Shown: in pieces, positions 44,844-54,357 of the stretch
Position numbering within the stretch: position 1 is the stretch's first letter
How the letters are laid out: every line of letters begins with the position of its first letter
Assembly (NCBI GenBank): GCA_934133165.1
Contig: CAKPAW010000002.1
Span: 105,219 to 169,218 of the forward strand
Source: an uncultured Clostridia bacterium
GTDB lineage: Bacteria; Bacillota; Clostridia; TANB77; CAG-508
Reading direction: 5' to 3'
DNA: 64,000 bases
The notes under the pieces: model-generated
Databases searched by the model: none
The model's input: only the letters and a program-made list of their open reading frames with translations
What the model was told of the DNA's origin: nothing
Translations under genes and position numbers: made by a program

Positions 44844-45422
44844 ATGAGAAAAAAATATCAAATAATTTATGCTGATCCACCTTGGCAATATAAAGTGTGG
44901 TCAAAAAAAGAAAAGAAAAGAAGTGCTGAAAATCATTATCCGACTATGAAAATAGAAGAAATTATTAGTTTGAAAGAATGTATAGAAAATATTTCTGATG
45001 AAAATTGTATTTTGTTTTTATGGGTTACATTCCCATGTTTATTAGAAGGACTAGAAGTTATGAAACAATGGGGATTTAAGTATAAAACTTGTGGATTTAA
45101 TTGGGTAAAAAGAAATAAAAAAAGTAACACATATTTTTTTGGATTAGGTTATTGGACAAGAGCAAATTCAGAAATTTGTTTAATTGGAACAAAAGGAACA
45201 ATAAAAAGAAAATCCAGTAGTGTATTTCAGATTATAGATACGCCAATAGAAGAACACAGTAAAAAACCAGCAGTTGTAAGAGAAAAAATTGTTGAACTTG
45301 TTGGAGATTTACCAAGAATTGAATTGTTTGCAAGAGAGAAAACTAAAGGCTGGGATGTATGGGGTAATGAAGTCGAAAGTGATATTGAATTAGAAAATTA
45401 TAGGATGGGGGTTGAAAATTGA
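44844..45422 (+). CDS. MT-A70-family N6-adenine DNA methyltransferase (orphan)
   Basis: IIYADPPWQY (DPPW catalytic motif), with no adjacent restriction gene. Confidence 0.85.
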   Translation: MRKKYQIIYADPPWQYKVWSKKEKKRSAENHYPTMKIEEIISLKECIENISDENCILFLWVTFPCLLEGLEVMKQWGFKYKTCGFNWVKRNKKSNTYFFGLGYWTRANSEICLIGTKGTIKRKSSSVFQIIDTPIEEHSKKPAVVREKIVELVGDLPRIELFAREKTKGWDVWGNEVESDIELENYRMGVEN

Positions 45423-46250
45423 ATTGGGTTGTAGGAAATTTACAAAATGCAATCGAAACATGGAACTCTAAATTAAGCGAAATATGGACACTTGTTTCTC
45501 AATCTCCTGTTGATTTTAAAGGTGGAACAATTTGGAATGTAATTACTAATATTCATGGTGCAATGCAAGCAATAGGACTAGCATTATTAGTATTATTTTT
45601 TGTTATTGGAGTAATGAAAACTTGTGGGAGTTTTGCAGAAGTTAAAAAGCCAGAACACGCATTGAAACTTTTTATTCGTTTTGCAATAGCAAAAGCAATG
45701 GTAACATATGGTTTGGAATTAATGATGGCAATATTTAAAATAGTACAAGGAATTGCAAGTACAATAATGACATCAGCAGGACTCGGAGGAACAACACAAA
45801 CTGTTTTACCAAATGAAATAATACAAGCAGTTGAAGCTTGTAATTTTTTTGAAAGCATACCATTGTGGGCAGTTACATTAATACGGAGGACTATTTATAA
45901 CAGTTCTTTCATTTGTAATGATATTAACTGTATATGGAAGATTCTTTAAAATATATCTTTATACAGCATTATCTCCAGTAGCACTTGCTAGTTTTGCTGG
46001 AGAGCCAACACAGAACATTGGTAGAAGCTTTATAAAAGGTTACAGTGCAGTTTGCTTAGAAGGTGTAATTATTATGCTTTCATGCGTAATATTTTCATTA
46101 TTTGCATCAAGTCCACCAGTTATAGATACAAATGCAGCAGCAGTGAATATGGTATGGAAATATATAGGAGAACTAATATTTAATATGTTGGTATTGGTTG
46201 GAACGGTAAAAATTTCAGATAGATTAGTAAGAGAAATGTTAGGAATATAG
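45419..46250 (+). CDS. VirB6/TrbL-like polytopic T4SS membrane protein; needs a +1 shift at CGG 45884-45886
   Basis: ORFs 45419-45949 and 45918-46250 join as ...WAVTLI-GGLFITVLSFVMILTVYGRFFKIYLYTALSPVALASFAG, with multiple TM segments. Confidence 0.7.
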
Positions 46251-46259
46251 GAGGTAAAA

Positions 46260-46589
46260 TTGAAGGTAACAATAGAAGAGATAGAAGAAGATTTATGTGA
46301 TTTGGATACAGAATATAGAGAAGCTTTAGCAAAAGGTTTAGTTGATATGAAATATTTAAGTGATACACCTTTATCATTGAAATATGGAACAGATATGCAA
46401 CAGCAAGAGTTAAAAAGAGTTTATTCAAAACCTTTATCAGGAAAGCAATTAAAAGATATTATTAACTATATTTCAAAAGATATGCAGGGAGATTATCAGT
46501 ATGGAAGATATAAAGGTATAGCTTCTATGTATTTAAATATAGCAGACCAAATTATAGCAGATAAAAATAAAGGAAGAGAGGCAAGATAA
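46260..46589 (+). CDS. Hypothetical protein
   Basis: TTG start with RBS aggagg; 109 aa. Confidence 0.4.
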   Translation: MKVTIEEIEEDLCDLDTEYREALAKGLVDMKYLSDTPLSLKYGTDMQQQELKRVYSKPLSGKQLKDIINYISKDMQGDYQYGRYKGIASMYLNIADQIIADKNKGREAR

Positions 46590-46590
46590 A

Positions 46591-46998
46591 CTGGAAGTAA
46601 AAATAAATAAAGAGATAAGAGATTTTACAGAAAGTATATTCTTTGGTTTATCATTAAGACAATTTATCTTTTCAATATTAGCTTGTATAGTTGCTGTTAT
46701 TGTATATTTTGTATTAAAACCATTCTTTGGAATAGAAACATTATCATGGTTGTGCATCTTATGTGCAGTTCCTTTTGCTGTAATAGGTTTTTTGAAATAT
46801 AACGGAATGACAGCTGAAAAGTTTATTAGTGCATGGATAAAATCAGTTATTCTAACACCAAATAGATTAACATTTAAACCAAAGAATTTATATTATGAAG
46901 AGATGATTATAAGAGAAAAAGAAAAAATAAAAGAAGAAAAGAAAAACAAGAGGAGGAAAACAAAAACTATTGAAAATTCTAAACAGAACATTATTTAA
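46591..46998 (+). CDS. PrgI/TcpE-like small T4SS membrane protein (start uncertain, CTG at 46591)
   Basis: The frame is open from 46558. (L)EVKINKEIRDFTESIFFGLSLRQFIFSILA... is the PrgI-family N-terminus. The first ATG/GTG/TTG is only at 46750, inside the second TM. Confidence 0.6.
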   Translation: MEVKINKEIRDFTESIFFGLSLRQFIFSILACIVAVIVYFVLKPFFGIETLSWLCILCAVPFAVIGFLKYNGMTAEKFISAWIKSVILTPNRLTFKPKNLYYEEMIIREKEKIKEEKKNKRRKTKTIENSKQNII

Positions 46999-49313
46999 GA
47001 AAGACAAGGAAAAGTTTAAAATACCAAAAAGTGTGCAAGATGCCATACCCATTGATGCAATGTGGGAAGATGGCATCTTTTTAGTTGGAAAAAATAAATA
47101 TTCTAAATGTTTTAAATTTACAGATATAAATTATTCTGTTGCCAGTAGAGAAGATAAAGAAGAAATGTTTTTAGAATATTCAGAACTTTTAAATTCCTTT
47201 GACACAGGGGCAACAAGTAAAATTACTATAATAAATAGAAGATTAAATAAACTAGATTTTCAAAAGACAATGTTTATTAAATTAGAAGATGATGAGTTAG
47301 ATAAATATAGAAAAGAATATAATAAAATGCTTTTAGATAAAGCAACAGCGTCAAATGGAATTGTGCAAGAAAAGTGCATAACTATAACAATAGAAAAGAA
47401 AAATATAGAAGATGCAAGATTATATTTTTTACGAATTGGAACGGAATTAATAAACAAATTTAAAGAATTAGGTTCTGTATGTGTTGAGCTAGAAGCGGTA
47501 GAAAGATTACAACTTTTTCATGATTTTTATAGAGTTGGAGAAGAAACAGCCTTTAATTTTGACTTTATTTCAAATATGAGAAAAGGGCATAGTTTTAAAG
47601 ATTATATTTGTCCTGACACTTTTGAAATAAAAGATGATTATATAAAAATTGGTAATAGATATGCTAGAGTTTTATTTTTAAAAGAGTATGCAAATTATAT
47701 TAAAGATAGTATGGTTGCAGAACTTACAGATATAAATAAAAACTCAATGATGAGTATAGATGTAATACCAATTGCAATGGACGAAGCAGTTCGAGAAGCA
47801 GAAAATAGAAGATTAGGAGTAGAAACGAATATAACTAATTGGCAACGCAGACAGAACGCGAATAATAACTTTTCAGCTATAATCCCTTATGATTTAGAGA
47901 TGCAAAGGGAACAAAGTAAAGAATTTTTGGATGACTTAATAACACGAGATCAAAGAATGTTTATGTCTGTTTTAACTATGGTACACACAGCAGAAACAAA
48001 AGAAGAATTAGACAACGATACAGAAGAAATATTGACAATAGCAAGGAAAAACTTATGTCAGTTTGGAGTTCTTAAATTTCAACAATTAGATGGATTAAAT
48101 ACAGCAATGCCATTTGGAGTTAGAAAAATTGATACTTTAAGAACTTTGACAACAGAGTCCCTTGCTGTTTTTATGCCGTTTAGAGTACAAGAAATTAGAG
48201 AAACTAATGGAATATATTACGGACAAAATGTTATATCAAAAAATATGATAATAGCAGATAGAAAAAAATTATTAAATGGAAATAGTTTAGTTTTTGGAGT
48301 AAGTGGAAGTGGTAAATCTTTTATAACAAAAGAAGAAATTGTTTTTACTATGCTTAAAGATAAAAACGCAGATGTAATCGTTATTGATCCAGAAAATGAA
48401 TATACTCCATTAGTAAAAGCACTAGGTGGAGAAGTTATAAAAGTTTCAGCTACAAGTGGAAATCATATAAATGCTATGGACATGAACAAGAATTACGCAG
48501 ATGGAGCAAATCCTGTTATTTTGAAATCAGAATTTATACTTTCACTTTGTGAACAACTTATAGGAAGTGATAATTTAGGAGCAAAACAAAAATCAATAAT
48601 TGATAGATGCACGGCAAGTACCTATCGTTATTACTTACAAGGAAACTATCAAGGAATGCCACCAACATTACAAGACTTTTATCAAGAATTGTTAAAACAA
48701 GAAGAAACAGAAGCAAAAGAAATAGCACTTGCTATTGAACTTTTTGTAAATGGTAGTTTAAATACTTTTGCAAAACAAACTAATGTAGATACAGAAAATA
48801 GATTAATTTGCTATAATATTTTAGATTTAGGAAAACAATTATTACCACTTGGTATGTTAGTAGTTTTAGATTCAATACTAAATAGAATAACACAAAATAG
48901 GGCAAAAGGAAGAAACACTTATATATTTATAGATGAGATTTATTTATTATTAAGAAATGAATATTCAGCAAATTTTTTATATACACTTTGGAAAAGAGTT
49001 AGAAAATATGGAGCATATTTAATAGGAATAACACAAAATGTTGAAGATATGTTACAAAATAATACAGCTAGAGCAATGATGGCAAATAGTGAATTGATTA
49101 TTATGCTTAATCAGGCTAGTACAGATAGAGCAGAACTTGCAAAACTACTTAATATATCAGATTTACAATTATCATATATTACAAATGTTGGATCTGGAGA
49201 AGGTTTATTAAAAATAGGTAGTTCATTGATTCCTTTTTCTAATAAATTTCCAAAAGATACAGAATTGTATAAATTAATGACAACAAAATTACGGAGAAGG
49301 TGCAACTATATAA
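46970..49313 (+). CDS. VirB4-family T4SS ATPase; C-terminus reached by a +1 shift at CGG 49292-49294
   Basis: Walker A VFGVSGSGKSF and Walker B YIFIDEIY. After the shift the protein ends ...KLMTTKL-GEGATI with TAA at 49311-49313, overlapping the next ATG. Confidence 0.85.
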
Positions 49314-50041
49314 TGAGAAAAATCGTATATACTATAATTACAATACTGCTAATAGGTTTAGTACTTATTAGCAGTTATTTAATATTTAAAGAAAAAAAGC
49401 AAAATGAGAAACAAGAAAATACATTTGAGGATTTAATAGAAATAGTTGAAGAAAATATAGAAAATCAGGAAGAAAGAAAAATAGATATAAATAAATTATA
49501 TGAGGAAAATAAGGATATTGTTGGTTGGCTAAAAATTGATAATACAACAATAAATTATCCTATAATGCAAAATATAAATGATCCAAATTATTATTTGCAT
49601 AGAGATTTTTACAAAAACTATTCTAGTTATGGTACTCCATATATGGCAAAACAATGTAATTTAAATAGTGATAATATTGTAATTTATGGTCATCACATGA
49701 AAAATAATAAAATGTTTGGAGAACTTGAAAAATATAAATCGAAAGATTTTTATAATAATCATAAAATTATAACTTTTACTACATTAGAAAAAGAATATAG
49801 TTATGAAATATTTGCAGTTTTTAAAACAACAGTATATACAAAAAATACTTTTAGATATTATGAGAATATAAATTTTGAAAATAAAAAAATGTATGATGAT
49901 TTTATAAATATATGCAAAGATAAATCTTTATATCAGACAGGTATAGAAATAAAAGATAAAGAAAAACTGATAACACTTTCTACTTGTGAATATAGTAATA
50001 AAAATAGTAGATTAGTTATAGTAGCAAGAAAAATAAAATAG
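49313..50041 (+). CDS. Class B sortase
   Basis: ATG 49313 (TAATG overlap). N-terminal TM, YGHHM His motif and TLSTCEY catalytic Cys motif. The ORF track fuses it to VirB4 only because of the extra C at 49292. Confidence 0.8.
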   Translation: MRKIVYTIITILLIGLVLISSYLIFKEKKQNEKQENTFEDLIEIVEENIENQEERKIDINKLYEENKDIVGWLKIDNTTINYPIMQNINDPNYYLHRDFYKNYSSYGTPYMAKQCNLNSDNIVIYGHHMKNNKMFGELEKYKSKDFYNNHKIITFTTLEKEYSYEIFAVFKTTVYTKNTFRYYENINFENKKMYDDFINICKDKSLYQTGIEIKDKEKLITLSTCEYSNKNSRLVIVARKIK

Positions 50042-50050
50042 GAGGTTTTA

Positions 50051-51613
50051 TTGGCAGATATTAAAATTAAAGAAAAGAAAAAAGGAACAGTAAAAACATT
50101 AAATAAAGCCATTGTAAACACCGAAAAAGTAAAAGACAAATCAATACAAATGAAAAATAAAGTTAGTGAAGCTTATGAAGAAACAAATGAAAATGGAACA
50201 AATTATGCAATAAATAAAATATCAAGACAAACAAAAAGAACACCTGATGATATTCGTAGATTAAATAGAATTGGAAAAAGAAATTTTAAGAAAACTGTTG
50301 AGAACACAAAAAAAACGGTTGATAGAATTAGAAAAATTAAAAGTAGAAATAAAACAAGAAAGTCAATAAAGCAAGTAAGAAAAACAGCTAAAGCAACAAA
50401 AAAAACTGTAAAAACAGCTGACAAAACTATAAAAACGACGAAAAAAGCAGCAAAAACAACAGCAAAGGCAACGAAGAAAACAGTACAGGCAACTAAAGCA
50501 GCAGTTAAAGCCACAATAAAAACAATAAAAGTTGTTATAAAAATTACAATAATTGCAATAAAAACTATAATTGCAGCACTTAAATCATTAATAGCATTAA
50601 TTATAGCTGGTGGATGGATTTCTGTTATAATTATAGTTGTAGTTTGTCTTGTAGCATTAATTGCTCATTCAATATTTGGAATATTTTTATCTAGTCAAGA
50701 TACGGGTAGTAAAATTACTATAAATGGAGAACAACAAGTTGTAACAATGGATAGAGTAATATCAAATCTAAATACAGAATTTATAAATAAAATGACGCAA
50801 ATACAAAAAGATAATAAACACGATGAATATGATATTAATTCAAAAAGAGCAGAATGGAAAGATATTTTAGCAGTATATACTGTGAAAATTAGTAATGGGA
50901 AAAATGATGCAGAAGTTATGACATTAGATAACAATAAAATATCAATATTAAAAGAAATATTTTGGGAAATGAATGAAATAACTTCATCAACAGAAGAAGT
51001 AACAGATAAAGATAATAAAAAGAAAATAGAGCTTCATATTAATGTAAACGGAAAAGATGCACTAGAGATGGCACAAAAATATAATTTTAGTATTGAGCAA
51101 AATAAACAATTAGCAGAATTATTAGATAAACAGTACGCAAGTTTGTGGTCATCTGTAATTTATGGTTCATCAGTTGGAAATACGGATATAGTTGAAGTTG
51201 CAAAAAAACAAATTGGAAATATTGGAGGACAACCCTTCTGGTCTTGGTATGGTTATAATTCAAGAGTGGAATGGTGTGCGTGCTTTGTTTCTTGGTGTGC
51301 AAATGAATGTGGCTATATAGAAGCGGGAATAATTCCTAAATTTGCAAGTTGCGAAAGTGAAGGTGTAGCTTGGTTTAAAACTTGTGGATTATGGCAAGAA
51401 AAAGGTTACACACCAAAGTCAGGAGATATAATATTCTTTGACTGGGCTGATTCAAATGATGGATTAGCTGATCATGTAGGTATAGTATCAAGAGTTGAAA
51501 ATGGAATTATTTATACTGTCGAAGGTAATACAAGAGGAGATGTATGCAAAGAAAATAAGTATAGTATAGATAGTAGTGTAATAAGAGGATTTGGAACACC
51601 TGCATATAAATGA
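50051..51613 (+). CDS. T4SS-associated cell-wall hydrolase (CHAP/NlpC-P60 domain)
   Basis: Lys/Thr-rich N-terminus, a TM segment, and a C-terminal CHAP-like domain: WCACFVSWCANECGY (Cys) and DHVGIV (His). Confidence 0.8.
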   Translation: MADIKIKEKKKGTVKTLNKAIVNTEKVKDKSIQMKNKVSEAYEETNENGTNYAINKISRQTKRTPDDIRRLNRIGKRNFKKTVENTKKTVDRIRKIKSRNKTRKSIKQVRKTAKATKKTVKTADKTIKTTKKAAKTTAKATKKTVQATKAAVKATIKTIKVVIKITIIAIKTIIAALKSLIALIIAGGWISVIIIVVVCLVALIAHSIFGIFLSSQDTGSKITINGEQQVVTMDRVISNLNTEFINKMTQIQKDNKHDEYDINSKRAEWKDILAVYTVKISNGKNDAEVMTLDNNKISILKEIFWEMNEITSSTEEVTDKDNKKKIELHINVNGKDALEMAQKYNFSIEQNKQLAELLDKQYASLWSSVIYGSSVGNTDIVEVAKKQIGNIGGQPFWSWYGYNSRVEWCACFVSWCANECGYIEAGIIPKFASCESEGVAWFKTCGLWQEKGYTPKSGDIIFFDWADSNDGLADHVGIVSRVENGIIYTVEGNTRGDVCKENKYSIDSSVIRGFGTPAYK

Positions 51614-51660
51614 AAAAGAAGTGGTATCGATCTTAATTGGTTGATATCACTTCTTTTTTT
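51614..51660. terminator. Bidirectional terminator
   Basis: aaagaagtggtatc / gatatcacttcttt stem with an A run and a T run, between convergent genes. Confidence 0.7.
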
Positions 51661-51662
51661 GT

Positions 51663-51938
51663 TTATTTATTAACTTTATCTTTTAATGCTTTTCCAGCTT
51701 TGAAAGCAGGTGCTGTACAAGCAGGTATTTTTATTTCCTCTTTAGTTTGAGGATTTAATCCAGTTCTTGCAGCTCTTTGCCTTGTTTCAAAAGTACCAAA
51801 TCCAACTAATTGAACTTTACCTTTGTTAGCCATTTCGTTAGAAACAACATTAATAAAAGAATTTAAAACTTTTTCTACATCTTTTTTAGAAACACCAGTT
51901 TCTGTAGCCATAGCATTTACTAATTCAGCTTTATTCAT
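51663..51938 (-). CDS. HU-family DNA-binding protein
   Basis: MNKAELVNAMA...GFGTFETRQRAARTGLNPQTKEEIKIPA is a canonical HU/IHF fold sequence. Confidence 0.92.
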   Translation of the reverse strand: MNKAELVNAMATETGVSKKDVEKVLNSFINVVSNEMANKGKVQLVGFGTFETRQRAARTGLNPQTKEEIKIPACTAPAFKAGKALKDKVNK

Positions 51939-52174
51939 CTATTTTCACCTCTTTTCACATAATCAATTCTAAAATCTTTAGTATATTTTTAATTAATTTA
52001 TCAAATATAAGTATATTAGTCAATGAATTTTACAAAATTCAATGAAATATCTTCAAAAATTAAATTTTTTTCAAATTTTATTGAAAAAAATTTTGTTTTA
52101 GTATATTATAATAAAGGTTTATTATAAATGTTTTTCGACAATAAACCAAAAAATAAAATTTAACAAAAGAGGAG

Positions 52175-53542
52175 GTGAGAGCTATGAAAAAAGAAGCAGG
52201 AATTACACTAATAGCGCTTGTTATAACAATCATAATTTTATTGATTTTGGCAGGCGTAAGTATAAATACTATAACAGGTAGTGATGGAATTATCGGTAGA
52301 GCTAAACAAGCAAGTGAACAAACTAAAATAGCTTCTGTAAAAGAAGAAATTGAAACAGAATTACTTGCAAAAAGTATAGATGGTGATGGACAGTATACTA
52401 AAGATGATGTATCGGCTGTTGCAAAAAAAGTAACAGGAAACGATTTAGTTGATGGAAAAGTAAAGACTAAAGATGGTTTAGAAATAGATTTATCATATTT
52501 ATTAGAAAAAGGTTCAGATAGTAAACCAAAAGAAGTATTTTTAGTAGCAGGAGAATATGCAACAAAAGTAGAAAAATATAAAGATACTAACGGAAAGATT
52601 GCCACTATTCCAGCAGGATTTACAGTCTCAAATGTAGCAGGAGAAACAAGTATTAATTCAGGTTTAGTTGTATATAAAGGAGATTTATCAAGTGTAAATT
52701 GGCAAACAGGTAAAGATAGTTCTGGAAATGATATTAAGAGAACTTATAATCAATATGTCTGGATACCTTGTACTGTAGCTGATTATCAAAGAACTGAATG
52801 GGGAGTTGAAGCAGACGGAACCCCAGCGTCAAAGGCATTTAAAGATGAATTAACATTATCAGGAATTGAATTATCAGATTTTGATCAAAGTAATGGAATA
52901 ACATCAAAAGTAACAGATGAAATTGCTAGCCAAATAAATGCGGAAAAAACAAGCATTGAAAAATATAATGGTTTTTATATGGGAAGATATGAAGTTGGAG
53001 AAGGAAATTTAATTCAACAATATAAAACTCCATCTGCAAGTTTAATTTGGAGTAGTGCCTATGCTAATGCAAAGAATATTGATGTAGGAACAGGAAATAG
53101 TAGTTATTTAAGTTCAAGCTATGCAAGAGATACAGCTTTGAATTTTATTCAAAACAATTCAGGCTTTAAAACTTATGCCTCAAGTAGAGATAATGCACAA
53201 GATGGAACTGCAATAAATGAAAACTGGTATGACAAAAGTGTTACATATATTGACGCAAGCGGAGCAAGTCAAACTAAAGCGGCTAATAATGCAACAAGAT
53301 TACCAACAGGTGTAACAACAGCAAAATGTAACATTTTCGACATGGGAGGAAATGTTAGTGAATTTACAACAGAGTTGAACCCATTGACAAATGGGGACAA
53401 CGATGCTACGGTAGTGCTACGCGGTGGTTTGTACTGGGGTACAGCTGTCTGGTACACTAGTCCAGCAGGGTACCGTTGGGACGCTTTTTCTGCCTCTGCC
53501 TATGGCAACTTAGGTTTTCGTGCCACTTTATTTATCCAGTAG
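52175..53542 (+). CDS. DGR target protein: prepilin-like N-terminus plus C-type-lectin/FGE-sulfatase-fold C-terminus carrying the VR
   Basis: N-terminal KKEAGITLIALVITIIILLILAGV resembles a type IV pilin-like leader and hydrophobic helix. The C-terminal VVLRGG.YWG....PAGYRWD....GFRA coincides with the variable repeat. Confidence 0.85.
   Translation: MRAMKKEAGITLIALVITIIILLILAGVSINTITGSDGIIGRAKQASEQTKIASVKEEIETELLAKSIDGDGQYTKDDVSAVAKKVTGNDLVDGKVKTKDGLEIDLSYLLEKGSDSKPKEVFLVAGEYATKVEKYKDTNGKIATIPAGFTVSNVAGETSINSGLVVYKGDLSSVNWQTGKDSSGNDIKRTYNQYVWIPCTVADYQRTEWGVEADGTPASKAFKDELTLSGIELSDFDQSNGITSKVTDEIASQINAEKTSIEKYNGFYMGRYEVGEGNLIQQYKTPSASLIWSSAYANAKNIDVGTGNSSYLSSSYARDTALNFIQNNSGFKTYASSRDNAQDGTAINENWYDKSVTYIDASGASQTKAANNATRLPTGVTTAKCNIFDMGGNVSEFTTELNPLTNGDNDATVVLRGGLYWGTAVWYTSPAGYRWDAFSASAYGNLGFRATLFIQ
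53406..53527 (+). repeat. DGR variable repeat (VR), cognate to TR2
   Basis: A 122-nt gapless alignment with 55697-55818 shows 13 mismatches, and every one is at an adenine of the 55697-55818 copy. Confidence 0.9.
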
Positions 53543-53703
53543 CTCTGACCCCTGTTTACCCAATTGGAAATTAATATAAATTAGACTGTAAAAGGGAAAG
53601 ACTAGGACATAGGAAGAAAAAATATATGAGCTTGCTCATAAAATTTGCACGCAAGAGATTATATTCTTGCGTGCAAAACATTATATAGGATAGGAGAGTA
53701 AAT

Positions 53704-54072
53704 ATGATTACAAATATGGAAAAATATAAATCATCAGGAAATCTAATTTTAATTCCAAAATTAGAGGATTATGTTAGATATACATTTCAAATTTTGGTAA
53801 AAATACCAAGAGTAGAAAAATTTAATATTGGTTCCGAACTAAAAACTTCATCCTTGAAAATGTTAGAAAATGCACACTTTTTAAATAAAAATAGAAAAAA
53901 TGGTTATACATATCTTAACAATATAGATGCGTTGATAAGTTATAATAAATCAATGTTAAGAATACTAAATGAAGAAAAATCAATAACCAAAAGTAATTTT
54001 ACAACTAGTATAGACAAGTTATCAGAAATAGGGAAGATTGTCGGAGGACTAATAAAATCTAATCCAAAGTAA
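53704..54072 (+). CDS. DGR accessory variability determinant (Avd, four-helix-bundle family)
   Basis: 122 aa, basic and helical, with KFNIGSELKTSSLKMLE. It sits between the target gene and the TR/RT, as in canonical DGRs. Confidence 0.7.
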   Translation: MITNMEKYKSSGNLILIPKLEDYVRYTFQILVKIPRVEKFNIGSELKTSSLKMLENAHFLNKNRKNGYTYLNNIDALISYNKSMLRILNEEKSITKSNFTTSIDKLSEIGKIVGGLIKSNPK

Positions 54073-54111
54073 AGTAAAACTAGGGATAAACTGGGAAACT
54101 GTATACTTTTG

Positions 54112-54218
54112 CTACGGTAGTGCTACGCGGTGGTAATTACAATAATAATAATCCAGCAGGGTACCGTTACGACAATAATTCAGGAAATTCAAATACAAAT
54201 TATGGTTTTCGTGCCACT
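54112..54218 (+). repeat. DGR template repeat 1 (TR1), AAT-rich, with no cognate VR in this window
   Basis: Shares its 5' 23 nt, the central ccagcagggtaccgtt and the 3' ggttttcgtgccact with VR/TR2, but it is 15 nt shorter. Its body is aat tac aat aat aat aat ... aat aat tca gga aat tca aat aca aat tat. Confidence 0.75.
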
Positions 54219-54357
54219 CTAATATTATTTTCGATGTTCAAGTTTATGGACTTGTTCCAACAAAATATTAGATATTAAAGAGGTTTATTCCTTCCGCAAA
54301 AGGTAAAAAAAGATTAGGTTTTAGTATAACCCAGTAAGAAATGAAAGGCATACTAAA

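Larger units (their letters stand above)
21928..51613 (+). mobile_element. Conjugative element (ICE/conjugative-transposon type), partition-mobilisation-T4SS module; true ends unresolved
   Basis: An uninterrupted same-strand block carries ParAB, a sortase-anchored adhesin, an ArdC/MTase/SNF2 protein, Toprim, MobC, a relaxase and PcfB. It continues with VirD4, Maff2, MT-A70, VirB6-like, PrgI-like, VirB4, sortase and a CHAP hydrolase. No recombinase lies in the window, so the element may extend past 64000. Confidence 0.8.

Noticed and set aside
46970-50041. The single 1023-aa VirB4-sortase fusion ORF given by the track.
   Set aside because: The fusion exists only because of the extra C at 49292. 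Without it VirB4 terminates at TAA 49311-49313, overlapping a sortase ATG with its own TM leader. I kept it as two genes and reported the alternative in the findings.
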